Assembly (NCBI RefSeq): GCF_006345805.1
Contig: NC_043024.1
Location: 8,556,001-8,620,000 of the forward strand
Direction of reading: 5' to 3'
Source: Octopus sinensis
Taxonomy: Eukaryota
DNA: 64,000 bases
Made by a program: the position numbers and the translations under genes. Of this stretch, positions 51,135-64,000 are shown piece by piece; position 1 is the stretch's first letter, and the number at the start of each line of letters is the position of its first letter. The notes beneath the pieces are model-generated. The model saw only the letters and a list, made by a program, of their open reading frames with translations, did not search any database and was not told the origin of the DNA.

Positions 51135-51746
51135 ATCTAGTAGTAAGAGACCTCTAGCAGCTGAGTGGCCACCATTGACAAGACCAAGGAAAGCTGAAAG
51201 CATGTTATCTGGTGGTCATGTCATGGGAGGTGGTGGTCATTTATCTCCCCGCTAGCAATATAAGCAAGACTTGATTTTGCACCAAAAGCCAATAGGAGAG
51301 TTTTTCTCGTGGTATTTACTACAGTATAGTTTGTTCTAACAGAACATCCATATTTAAGTGGGGATAAATATTACCACTAAGAAATTTAGGGAGAGCTGAA
51401 CTGCAAAAGGCCCTTAGAGAAGAAGCGCCCCCTCATGCAAGTGTTTGATCCTGTAACCTGTTACACTCTAAAGATCCAGGCTGCATCCTGGTTGTTACTC
51501 TTGAGTAGCCCATTACTGTTACATTTTGTGCTATTGTCTGTATTATAACCCTCTTGGGTGGTTAAAGTACCTCAGATCCAAGGTACCTTGGTGTTGTAAC
51601 CAATTCATTCAAAGATGCCATTTGACTGTAGAGTAAGTTATTCCTTTTGAAATTCACTTCCATTCCTCTTTAACCAGATCCAGTTGGAACACTTCTCAGT
51701 AGTTTCTGCCCTTGATCTTTGGTTCTCTTTCATCCATGTAATAATG

Positions 51747-52141
51747 ACTAGCAGTATAGCCCAGCGTTGCTCGGGTTTGTTTCAACCCTTTAGAATTGGA
51801 ATTTTTGAAAAGTAAAAATTTTGCATTATGTAGCTTGTTATTCTCTTTAAGTGAACATTTTTCTGGTTGAAATACACCGAAAAATGGCGACACAGCAGTA
51901 AAAAAATCCTAAAAAATAGGGATTTTCATAGAAAAAAAGCACCTTTTTGATGTAAATAATTTTTGGTGTCAACATGGTCTGATTTGAATTTTATCTTCTA
52001 CGGAATGAAGAGCAAGCCTTCTTCTATCATACTCTCAATTTTGGTCAAGTTGCACCACAGAGTCTCGGAGGAGATAGTGGTAGTTGAAGGCTACCAAACC
52101 TGCCATACACAGACAACTTCAGCTTTATATATATATATAGA
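51747..52141 (+). mobile_element. Helentron/DINE-1-like HINE
   Basis: 5' ACTAGCAGTATAGCCCAGCGTTGCTCGGG; 3' ACAGACAACTTCAGCTTTATATATATATATAGA. Confidence 0.55.
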
Positions 52142-55100
52142 GGTTATAATTAATATTTAATTTTGTAAAGAAGAGATATAACTGAATGTATATAACAGTG
52201 ATCGTGCATAATAATGATCTCATAGTCATACTGAAATAAGGATTTTATACAATATCTGGTTTTGTAAGGAAGAAATAATACTGATTGCATGCAATAATTA
52301 TATGATATTGTAAGGAATAGATATTATTGAGTATATATAATAACTTGCTGGCTCCATGATGTCAAAAATGCCAGCTAATTGTAGTATTTTATATATCAAT
52401 ATGGATTATAAATCAAATTAATACACTTGTCAATGTTTACATACATTCACATACTTCCCTTGTACATACACACACATATACTCAGTGTCTCTCGTGGTAT
52501 TTACTGCAGTATAGTTTGTCCTTGCAGAACATCCATATTTAAGTGGGGATAAATATTACCGCTAAGAAATTTAGGGAGAGCTGTACTGCAGAAGGTCCTT
52601 AGAGAAGTACCCCCTCATGCAAGTGTTTGATCCCGTAACTTGTACACTCTAAGGAGCCAGGCTGCATCCAGGTCATGGATACCCCATTACTGTTACATTC
52701 TGTGCTATTGCCTCACAGAGTTGAAACGCTGTTTGATTTTTCTTTTCAGTGTCGAATGTTCACCATCCTACCAATTTGCCTTCACCCCTTCCTTATTCAT
52801 CTTCCTGCCCTTACTTTCTCATTCGTGTGCTGTGACAGAGAAAAACACAAGAGTATTATTATAATAGATGATCATAAATAATACTAATAATGATCATCAT
52901 CATCATTTAATGTCAATTTTCCATGTTAGCATGGGTTGGATGATTTGACAGGATCTGACAAACCGCATGTCTGCATCAACTCCAGTGTCAGTTTTTGCAT
53001 GGTTTAAACAACTGGATGCCCTTCCTAGTACCAACTACTTGACAGTGGGTACTGGGTGCTTTTGTTGTACCACAACCACTATTGTATAAAATAAAATATT
53101 ATCTTCAATTTTGTAAGGGAAGGAATATTACTTATTATTTGTAATAATGAATTTATTTGATCTGATTGTTTTTTGCTGTTTTCATTTAACACCTCACTCC
53201 CATCCTAGCGATCAGCCCTCATCCAGCAAATCTATGATTGATTAAATACATTCCTGCCAAGATCAGTATATTTTTTTTACCCGATTTTCAGACATATGTA
53301 GGCATAGGAGTGGCTGTGTGGTAAGTAGCTTGCTTACCGACCACATGGTTCTGGGTTCAGTCCCATTACGTGGCACCTTGGGCAAGTGTCTTCTACTATA
53401 GCCTCGGGCCGACCAAAGTCTTGTGAGTGGATTTGGTAGATGGAAACTGAAAGAAGCCCGTGATATATTTGTGTGTGTGTTTTTGTGTCTATGTTGATCC
53501 CCCCACCCTTGCTTGACAACCGATGTTGATGTGTTTACATCCCCATAATTTAACAGTTCACACAAAAGAGACCGATAGATTAAACACTAGTCTTACAAAG
53601 AATAAGTCCTGGGATTGATTTCTTTGACTAAAAGCCCTTTAAAGCAGTGCTCCAGTATGGCTGCAGTCAAATGACTGAAACAAGTAAAAGAATATGTGGC
53701 TGTGTGGTTAAGAAGCTAGCTTTGCAACCACATGGTTACCGGTTCAGTCTCACTGCACAGCACCTTGGGCAAGTGTGTTCTATTATAGCTCCAGGCCAAC
53801 CAATACCATGAGAGTGAATTTGGTTGATGAAGCTTGAACGAAGTCTATTGTATATATACACATGTGTATATATGTGCAGGGCTTTGTGTTTGAGCTACCA
53901 TCACATAAAATGCTTGGCAACAAGTGTTGGTTTGTTTACATCCCTGTAACTTAGTGGTTGGGCATAAGATACTGATATAGTAAATATACCATACATAAAA
54001 CAAATAATAGGGTTGATTTGTTTGGTTAAACCCTTGAACAAGTTGCCCTAGCATGGCTGCAGTCCAGTGACTGAAGCAAGTAGAATATAAATGGTAAAAT
54101 ACTTTATATATAATAAAATTATAAGACTGGATAATTGCAGTTCAATCCATGCTACATATGTTTCAGTAGAAAAGCATTGTATTTATTACACATGATCCTA
54201 ACCAACTGATATATAAATTTATATAAAATATATGTATACATATGTCTGTGCACATATTTAAATAGTTTCATTTGAAATCTAATTAAACAGAATCCGAATA
54301 TGAGTGTATAGGTACGTTATGTCTTTTGGTTTATTTAATTGATTTGGATTTTAATGAGTTTCAATTAGTATTTATATATTTATTTTTTTTAATATTGAAT
54401 CTCTCATTTCTGCTTCATGCATCATAATTTAACATAACGCATGGTTTGTTTCTTATTTTCATGAAATATTTTTTTTCAAAAAACCCAAAAGCTATTGAAT
54501 TTTTTATAATAATACTGATAATGATGATGATGATGGTGATATGATAATAATATGTATGGGTTTATTTCTGTATTGGCCTGGTCTTTTTTTAACTCTGTTT
54601 CTCACAATCTACTTATATATTGCTCCTTACTCTCCATCTGTTTCTCTCTTTCTGTCTGTCTCTGCTTTACCTATCTATCTATCTATCTATCTACCTGTAT
54701 GCTTGTTTATCTATCTGTTATGTCTCTCTCTGTGGCTAATCTTTAGTAGACAGTCACCTAGCTCTTTACTTGTCTGTCTCTGTCTATCTATCTATCTAGC
54801 TAGCTATCTATCTCTACCTATCTATCTATCTGCTTGTTTATCTATCTGTTACTTCTCTCTCTGTGGCTAACCTTCAGTAGACAGACACTTATCTCTTTAC
54901 CTATACGTCTGTCTGTCTGTCTATTACTTTACCTGTCTTACTGTTCCTCTCTGTTTGCCTATCTGCCTGTCTATCTATCTACCCATCAATATAAACAGAT
55001 GTCTACCTGTCTATCTATCTATCTATCTATTTTTCTAGCTATGTCTCTATTTGTCTTCTTTCAATCTAATTCTCTCTCCAATGTAAATTGTTATATTCTA

Positions 55101-55684
55101 AAACATTGTTTTAAAATTTTTTCAGTAAAATCTTCAATAAAAATTACATGACTAGATTAATTATATGATTAGATAAATTCCTCAAATGACCTCATTTACA
55201 ATTTTCAGCATCACTTAAACAACAATTGTTTTAATCTATGAAACCTGTTTAACGATGTCTATTTAACGATGTCGTGTAAATACTTTTTACTTGGCACTCT
55301 CCATCACTTCAGTCTAAATGAGCATCAATTAGGCTATGGACAGCGCATTTCCACCTTCAGCACAACAACAACAACAACAATAATAATAATAATAATAATA
55401 ATAATAAACTTCTAGCATGTAAATATTGGGTTAAAATCCCTTTTGGATACAAAAGGTCAAAGGGTACCGATAACTTTTTTTCTTCAAAAAGAGCTTTTTA
55501 GCCCAATATTTGCATGCAGTTCTAATAGCTTTATCTGCTTCAAGTTCTGCAGTTTTAAAAAAAAAAAACTAATTTATTTCATGTTCTCTTGATGTTTCTA
55601 ATTTCTTATGACATAAATAATAATAATAATAATAATGATGATAGATATCAGAATATTACTAAAATGATTTGATGTTAAACCTGT

Positions 55685-55960
55685 GGAGAGATTGTGGAAG
55701 AACAAGACAACAATTGCTCTTGTGGTAATTGGTGCACTTGGCCCCGCAAGTGCCACCAAAGGGGGTGAAGATCTGTGGAAGTGAGACTTATGTTGTCATC
55801 TTGCAAAAAAGTGCAGTCTTGTATTTAGCAAGGATCCCAAGAAAGACACCTGAGATTTGATGAGACTTGTTCTTACCAAACCTTAAGACATCCCTGTTAA
55901 CTGATGTAGCACATAATAGTCTTGATGATGATGATGATGACACTAATAATAACAGCAACA
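55685..55960 (+). mobile_element. R4/Dong-clade LINE 3' end, second copy
   Basis: LWKNKTTIALVVIGALG..LQKSAVLYLARIPRKTPEI*, with (AAT)n upstream and (GAT)n downstream. Confidence 0.6.
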
Positions 55961-55996
55961 ACAACAAAGAGATTGTAGAACACTTATCTTAGTTAT

Positions 55997-56040
<44 letters not shown>

Positions 56041-56107
56041 ATATATATTATATATCAGCATGGCCTAAGTCTAATGACTGAAAGAAGTAAAATGATAAAA
56101 GATTATG

Positions 56108-56146
<39 letters not shown>

Positions 56147-57295
56147 AGGGAAACCACTATGTGGACACCCATATGCTAGAAATAGATCTGCTATGGTCTC
56201 ACCACTAAGAAATGTTCTCAAGAAAAATTTAGCAAAACAACCAAAACGTAATCGAGGAAGACAAAAGAAAAAGTAATAAAAATATGGATTATTCGTATAC
56301 ATGTTTCACTATCAACAAATTACGTAATCTTACGTAATTGTCCGTAGATCATCGGTACGACCGTCCAAGGTGAATATAATTTGCAGGGCTGCATACTATA
56401 TATATATATATATATGAGGCAGATGAAGAGTCATCATGGCAGTAGCTAGCAAGAATGCCAGGTGCATTTCAGCGTCCTTGAACCTTGTCAATTACTGACG
56501 TCTACTTGCAGCCGTATACCATGACAATATCTGATATATGTAGGAAACATTCAATAATATATTCACTGATATTGTGAAACAGCCACTGGGCTGAATAAAA
56601 AGACCTTCTTCATTTTCATTGAAGCTATGGAAATAGCTTTTATTTACTTATTTATATATTTTATTGATTTATGAATTCGTTTGCACCACCGTTGAACTTA
56701 ATCTTTACGTTCTGAACTGTCCAATGTATATATATGTGCAAGTGTATACATATGTCGATACATACATACATACATATATATATATGTACATATGTATATG
56801 TGTAATATATATATATATGTATATGTGTATATATGTGTGTATATATGTATATATGTGTGTATATATATATATGTACATATGTATATATATATATGTACAT
56901 ATGTATATGTGTGTGTATATATATGTATATGTGTATATATATATATGTACATATGTATATGTGTGTATATATATATATATGTACATGTGTATATATATAT
57001 GTATATGTGCACATATATATATGTGTACATATATATATGTACATATGTATATATATATATGTACAAATGTATATGTGTATATATATGTACATGTGTATAT
57101 ATATGTACATATGTATGTATATATGTATGTATGTGTGTGTGTGTATATATGTATTTAAATGCACATGTGCATGTACATAAGTGGACTTTGCTACATGTAT
57201 GTTTCCATGCTTGGTTTCCTTCTACGTGTGTTTCTGCCTTAAATGACCTCTTTAGCTGAAATCGTTGATTCACAAGCCATGCTTGATCTTTACAG

Positions 57296-57340
57296 CTCAG
57301 CGTAGCGTGACTCCTACCTACATGGATAACCGAGACAAAG
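57296..57340 (+). CDS. PICALM: Probable exon, 45 nt, phase 1-1: [15 protein letters not shown]
   Basis: Acceptor tgcttgatctttacag|CT, donor AAAG|gtacag. Multiple of 3, open in phase 1, unique sequence between microsatellites. Confidence 0.5.
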
Positions 57341-57380
57341 GTACAGTGGATTCTGAATAATACCCTCTGACATTTGAAAT

Positions 57381-57414
<34 letters not shown>

Positions 57415-57648
57415 ATAAAATACTTCTCCTCCACTTTCTGTTGTACACGCACGCAAAGGAACCCACATGCACACAGACAGACACGCACTCGCTCTTTCTT
57501 GCCCTGTGTTTTCATCTTATCTTTTTTTTAATATATATTTGTTTGCTTTCTTTCTCTTGGTGCTTTCTTCTTCTTATTATTATTATTCGGTTGGAGGATT
57601 GGTAGAATTGTTAGTGTCAGAAAGCAAAAAAAAAAAAAGAAAAATGCT

Positions 57649-57795
57649 TGTGTGGTAAGTAGCTTGCTTACCAACCACATGGTTCCGGGTTCAGTCCCAC
57701 TGCATGGCACCTTGGGCAAGTGTCTTCTGCTATAGCCCCGGCCAACCAATGCCTTGTGAGTGGATTTGGTAGACGGAAATTGAAAGAAGCCCGTC

Positions 57796-57864
<69 letters not shown>

Positions 57865-58075
57865 CTGTGTTTGTCCCCCTAGCATTGCTTGACAACCGAT
57901 GCTGGTGTGTTTACGTCCCCGTCACTTAGCGGTTCGGCAAAAGAGACCGATAGAATAAGTACTGGGCTTACAAAGAATAAATCCCGGGGTCGAGTTGCTC
58001 GACTAAAGGCGGTGCTCCAGCATGGCCGCAGTCAAATGACTGAAACAAGTCAAAAAGAGTAAAAGAGAGAGAGAG
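57649..58075 (+). mobile_element. SINE family A, near full-length
   Basis: Highly similar to the reverse complement of 26111-26515. Confidence 0.85.
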
Positions 58076-59221
58076 TATTATTAATGGCTCAGCCGGAGAA
58101 GGGAGGACAACACTTATGAGCATTTTAAGGACTATCCTGCCTGGTAGAAGGGAAAACAAGGAGTTCTACATGGTTCTTTGTTTATGACAGTAATCTGCTG
58201 GGTATAAACACACAAGATCAGTGGGGAGTTTGCAACTGGGGACTCCAAGGCCAATGATGACTCTATTCTAGCATTTCAAAAACTCTTTGTCGATATGCCA
58301 TCTGACATACACTCTGACAGCAAGAAACTGCAGTGAAACATAGTGACCCTTAAATTCTTAACAATGTGGCTTTGAGTTCAGTCCCACTGCATGGTACTTT
58401 GGGCAAGTGTCTTCCCCCTCCTGCTATGGTATAGAGACAATCTTTGCTTATTAGGGAATTTGGTAGATGAAAACTGAAAGAAACCTGTAGTGTGTGTATC
58501 TGAGACCCTCTCTCGGTCATGACACAGACCATGGGATTGCACCTAGAAAGTTACCCTCCCAGGCACAAGTCCAGACAAGGTTGTTTATGGAAGACCAGCA
58601 GTCGCCCATGCATACCAGCCTCCCCTCTCCACGCCACCAGTGTTATCTGAGGGAAAGGCAAAGGCTGATACAGCTTGGCACCTTTGATATCGCAACTCAT
58701 TTCTATGGCTGAGTGAACTGGAGCAACGTGAAATAAAGTGTCTTGCTCAAGAACACAACACGCAGCCCGGTCCGGGATTCATGCTCACAATCTCACGATC
58801 ATAAGCTCAACACTCTAACCACTGAGCCATGTGCCTTCACAAGTGTGTGTATATCTATGCATATATATATATATATATATGCAAGTATGTGCATGTACAT
58901 CTGTGATTTCAATCTGTGGTAAGCTACATCATTTGCAGTTGAGCTGTAAGCAGTGGTGTCACCATTCATGGTTGGGCTGCAACTGGTGATGTTTGTTGAC
59001 ATTTCTTGACAACAAACCACCCACTATCTCTGCACTTTACAGTTCCTCAGAGATTAAATTCTGTTACTTGGGAAACAAGTGAAGTTTGGTGTCAGTTGAG
59101 CAACTGGCCGTAAAAATCCTGTCTCAAGTGCCTTATCTATCTAACAATGCCGGGAACAGGAAAATATACATTGAACAAACATGAGAGTGTATGTGTATAT
59201 ATATGTGTGTGTGTGTGTATG

Positions 59222-59252
<31 letters not shown>

Positions 59253-60452
59253 TCATGTATATAGGTTAGACATGGTACCGGCTAATATTGATTAAATCCT
59301 ATCACAGTTTATAATTAATGTTGATATGTAGACTAACTGAACTAAGAAAAAGTTCATGGCTTCTATGTATGTTATTTTAAGAAAACATTACCAGTCAAAT
59401 ATATATATATAAATTTAGAGAAGGGATTGACAGACTTCCTAGTTTCCCTTGTTGTGGGTTTCATCTGACTGTAAAGTTGTTTGGGTTTTTATTCAAGCAT
59501 TTTATATTTTTTACTTTTTGATTCATCTTGTGGGTGAGACTTAGTGGTTGCAACAATATAGGTGTGGTTTAATATTGTATTTTCTGCACATTTCTTACAT
59601 ATATATATATATATATTGTTTCTGTATACTGGACCTAACTTTATTGATCACTTTAGCTAAATTCCTCTTCTGCTATTAACAATGTGGCTTTGAGTTCAGT
59701 TCCACTGCACGGTTCTTTGGGCAAGTCTCTTCTACCTTCTGCTATAACATAGAGCTAATCTTTGCTTATTAGGTTGTTGGAGAAATAATTCTATTTTCAT
59801 TTGATGTCGTTCAGCTTCAGCTTGTGCAACATGGTTTTCTCTGGCAGGACACTTGAGCAAATCCTCCTGTTGTCTAGCACTAAATTTGATATTTTTTTTG
59901 TTTTGAGCACTGTGGCCATTTGCTACCAGTCTCCAGATTATGAATATATAAAAATGTGTGTGTGTGTGTGTGTAAAAATGGATGCAATTGCATATATACA
60001 CAGTTGTGTATATACATATATATAAATTAGAAAAAAACACCTTTTATCAATTCAAAATGAACAATTAAATTAAACCATCTAGAAAATTACATATTATAGA
60101 CATTAAAATTAAAATAACAATAATATACCGAAGATTAAGTAAATTGCAAAAAAATAATAAAAACGTACATATTTGGTTTATATGTATATGTTTTTAAATA
60201 TAAACGTTTTATTATTATTTTGCACATTACTTAATTATTGGTGTAGTATTTTTATCTTATATTTAATATTTCTATTATATGTAATTTTCTAGATGGTGTA
60301 ATTTAATAATTCATTTTGAATTGATAAAAGGTGGTTTTTTTCTAATTTATATATATATATATATATGCATATGAATGGTAATTGTGTTTTATATACATAT
60401 GAGAGTGTATATGTATAATAATTGTATATTATGTATATGTGTAATAACTATG

Positions 60453-60521
<69 letters not shown>

Positions 60522-62416
60522 GTGCATTCATACCATACAAATGTCTTTCTCAGTCATTCATCTCAGTTTTTTTTTCCTTTTTAGTTTACATTCACTACTT
60601 TTTTCTTGTATTTTTCATTTTAAGTCACTTTTCTTCCTTCTTGCTGTGTATAGAACAGTTTTATATGTGCTGAACAAATGACTTCCTCTTGTTTGGGGGA
60701 ACCCAACTCCAGTGCCACCACCACCAGTACTGTTACTACTACTTCTACTGTGTGCTACTAAAGTTTAAGCTTCGACCTTTTTCTGTCATGAGCACCAAGA
60801 CTCGTTAGGTGGGAATTTAACCCAGTTTAATTGAGACTACAACTCTCCCCCACTGACTGGGACACTGGTCCTTTATACAGTTAACTTCTCAGGTATTACT
60901 GGAACTCCTTTACAAATGTGTGAACTGGAGCAGCAACATGAAATGAAGTGTTGTTTTGCTCAAGAACACAACACATCATCTGGTCTGTCTGGGAATCGAA
61001 ACCTTGATCTTACAATTATGAGTACCACACCCTAATCACTTGACCACAGACCTTCCCAAAATATAAGTCATCAGAAACTATTTTATTCATCCCCCACCCC
61101 ATTCTTGGATTCACAGAATTGTATTTTGTGTCAATATACCTTGGGATATCTTTTGTAGTTCTTTACATTCTCGGGTTTAATTCCTGCCTGGGTCAACTTT
61201 GCAGAATTTCATCATTTCTGGGAGATAAAATGAAATAACAATCAAATATTGATGTTGAAATAATTGTAATTAACTTGCCATTTCCCTTCCAAATTGCTAA
61301 CCAATTTGCCATGATGTGCCTGATGTAGAAAGGATTATCATTATTATTATTATTATATGTTTGACTTTTGCTTTGTATTTTCACAAGTTGGCTCCAAGTC
61401 TCACCCAGAGACCTCAAGAGACAACAAGTTGGAAGTTTGTGTTGGTGTTATGCCTAGGATGCTATATATTTGGTTTTTGTACTTAATGTTGTACTAGTGA
61501 ATGTTTAAGAAACCATAAGAAAATTTTGTTTGTTTTAAAACTTGAGATTACAAAGAAAGTATTTTGCATAGGATATGAGCACTATCTTGAATTTCTGCCA
61601 TTATGGGTTTCCTGGTATCTGAAATAGGTAGCAATCAGCCCCTTTTGCTATCATTCCTAGGGCACATTATTATTATTATTATTATTAAGGTAGTGAGCTG
61701 GTAGAATTGTTCAGCATTATTTGGTCCGCCTTCATGTTCTGAGTTCAAATTCTGCCATGGTCGACTTTGCCTTTCATCCTTTCGGGGGTTGATAAATTAA
61801 GTACCAGTGAAGCACTAGGGCCAATGTAATCAACTTGCTCCCTCCCCCCAAAAGTTCAGCCCTTGTGCCTGTAGTATAAAGGATTGTTATTATTATTATT
61901 ATTAAGGCAGCGAGCCGACAAAATCATTAGCACACATTTCATCTATCTTCACGTTCTGAGTTCAAATTCCACCAAGGTTGAATTTACCTTTTGTCCTGTT
62001 GAGGGTTGATAAAATGAATACCAATAGATTTCTGGGGTTAATGTAATTGATTTTCTCTTCCTTTAACCAAAATGTGAAATCCTTATTATTATTATTTTGT
62101 TGTTGTTGTTGTTAGGTAATTTGGTTCCATCCTTTTTATAGTACAAGTTCAAACCCTAGTGGTGGATCAGCTTTACTTTTCGTTCTCCTGGGGTCGATAA
62201 AACGAATTAAGCCATCTGCACACCGGGGTTTCACTCAATCAACTGTGCCTTCAGATGTTTGGCCTTATGTAGATGTGAATCATCACCATCATCATCATTA
62301 TTGTCATCATCATCATCACCATTGTTATATCATCATCATCATCACCACCATCACTGTTTATATATTTATCGTTTAGGGCTAACTCTGTTGATATTATTTT
62401 CTCGTTTACTCTACAG

Positions 62417-62464
62417 GACTGCAGGACTTAACTAGTCCTGCAATGACCACTGGATCTGACCCAG
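62417..62464 (+). CDS. PICALM: Probable exon, 48 nt, phase 1-1: GLQDLTSPAMTTGSDP
   Basis: Branch-like ctaac, tract ttttctcgtttactctacag|GA, donor CCAG|gtacta. Open in phase 1. Confidence 0.65.
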
Positions 62465-63454
62465 GTACTACCATTCCAGCTTGCTGACCAACACACACAC
62501 ACACACACACTGTGCATATATATATATATTATATATATATCTATCTATCTATATATATATTATATATATATGATATATCTATATATATATATATTATATC
62601 TATCTATATATATATATAATATATATAGAGATAATATATATATATATGTATATATATAATATATATAATATGATATATATATATATATATAATATATGTA
62701 TATATATAATATATATTATAATATATATAATATGTATATATATATAATATATATAATATATATAATATGTATATATATATAATATATAATATGTAATATA
62801 TATATATAATATATATAATATTATATATATATAATATATATAATATGTATATATATATATATATATAATATATATAATATGTATATATATATAATATGTA
62901 ATATATATATATATATATAATATATATATATGTTATATATATATAATATATAATAAATATATATATAATATATTGTGTGTGTATGCAAGCAATCTTTTTT
63001 CTATGTTTTTTTCCTAAATTATCTCTGTAGACATCTTAGTTATTCTTTCTTCATCTTGTATGACGGTTGTTTGATTTCTATTCCTCAAATTTTCTTTGTA
63101 TTGTTATTATTGTTTTCTGTCATTTAATTGAAAGAGCTACTATTATTATTATTATTATTATTATTGTTGTCATCGATGTTGTTGTTCTTATTTCTTTCCT
63201 TGGTTGTCATCACTACCCACATAATAATCACTCTTACTGTACCTATCGACGTTGTATTCCGAGGTAGACGTAGATATAGTTTTGTCTTCTTTTCTCATTC
63301 CTCCTTCTTCTTCTTCTTCTTCTTACGTCAGCATGGCTCACACAAACCTTGTTTTGAAGATTTATTTTATTTCCCTCTTTGATTGTGAGATGTTCTATTA
63401 ATTTTATTCCAGATTTCTGTTTTTTTAAATTCTTTCTCTTTATTATTACTATTA

Positions 63455-63670
63455 AGGTGGGAAGCTGGCAGAATGGTTAGCACGCCAAGCGAAATGCTTA
63501 GTGGTATTTTCTCTGTCTTCACGTCCTGAGTTCAAATTCTGCCGAGGTCGACTTTGCCTTTCATCCTTTCGGGGTCGATAAATTAAGTACCAGTTGAGTA
63601 ATGGGTTCAATGTAATCAACTTAACCCCCTCCCACAAATTTCAGGCCGTGTGCCTATAATAGAAAGGGTT
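63455..63670 (+). mobile_element. SINE family D (central domain gactttgcctttcatcctttcggggtcgataaattaagtacc)
   Basis: Other copies on +: ~31095-31300, ~32982-33185, 61688-61885, 61905-62080, 63690-63825. Copies on -: ~16850-17075, ~21497-21708. Confidence 0.8.
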
Positions 63671-64000
63671 ATTATTATTGTTATTGTTGAGGTTGTAAGT
63701 TGGCAGAACCATTAGCACGCTGGGCAAAATGCTTAGTGGTATTTCGTCTGCCGCTACGTCCCAAGTTCAAATTCTACCATGGTTGACTTTGCCTTTCATC
63801 CTTTCGGATGTTGATAAAATAAGTTATCCTCCTTCATGGAAAGCATGGAGGACAGAATCGGTGTGTTTACTGAATGACCAGCATGTCTGTGGGAAGTTTG
63901 TCTTGCCTCGATGCTGTATTGGTAATCATGGTCAGTAGATCTAGCTGTCAATAAACCCTTTTGTAAGTAGGTACCATTGGCTGGTATAAAATTTTGGCCA

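Larger units (their letters stand above)
20428..62464 (+). other. PICALM: Internal multi-exon segment of a PICALM/SNAP91 (AP180/CALM, lap/unc-11) family clathrin-assembly gene; N- and C-termini outside the window
   Basis: Six AG..GT exons splice in frame. The first starts DQRIKEL, like the PICALM exon starting EQRLKEL. It continues with TNPF..SDLL..SDLLGL..TNPFVD, resembling Drosophila lap TNPF..DDLLQL..NPFAD. Identification is from remembered family motifs only; no search was run. Confidence 0.68.

Noticed and set aside
52750-52824. 75-nt phase-1 candidate VSNVHHPTNLPSPLPYSSSCPYFLI
   Set aside because: Very weak donor (C|gtgtgc), and it abuts a duplicated repeat.
63329-63382. Strong pyrimidine tract and AG near the end of the window
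   Set aside because: An early stop in phase 1 (AWLTQTLF*) and no donor.

Overview
AT-rich, repeat-saturated eukaryotic genomic DNA. The (TA)n/(TG)n microsatellite load and the SINE/LINE families closely resemble octopus (coleoid cephalopod) genomes; this is an inference, not a database match. The window lies inside one large + strand gene, most likely PICALM/SNAP91 (AP180/CALM, lap/unc-11 family). I can splice a run of exons encoding its disordered clathrin/AP2/EH-binding region: 20428-20743, 28340-28408, 37559-37666, 48102-48356, 57296-57340 and 62417-62464, plus a probable 36-nt microexon at 6396-6431. The ANTH domain and the C-terminus appear to lie outside the window. Every exon after 20743 is a symmetric phase-1 cassette. 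The introns contain Penelope-like retroelement (PLE) remnants with hammerhead-ribozyme motifs, CR1/RTE/Dong/HERO-like LINE fragments, four tRNA-derived SINE families, hAT/piggyBac/Tc1/Helentron-type non-autonomous elements, about 10 long inverted repeats, a ~64-bp palindrome-core tandem array and a 1.9-kb near-identical tandem duplication. Almost all supplied ORFs are microsatellite or SINE artefacts. Coordinates were counted by hand; repeat edges may be off by several bases.
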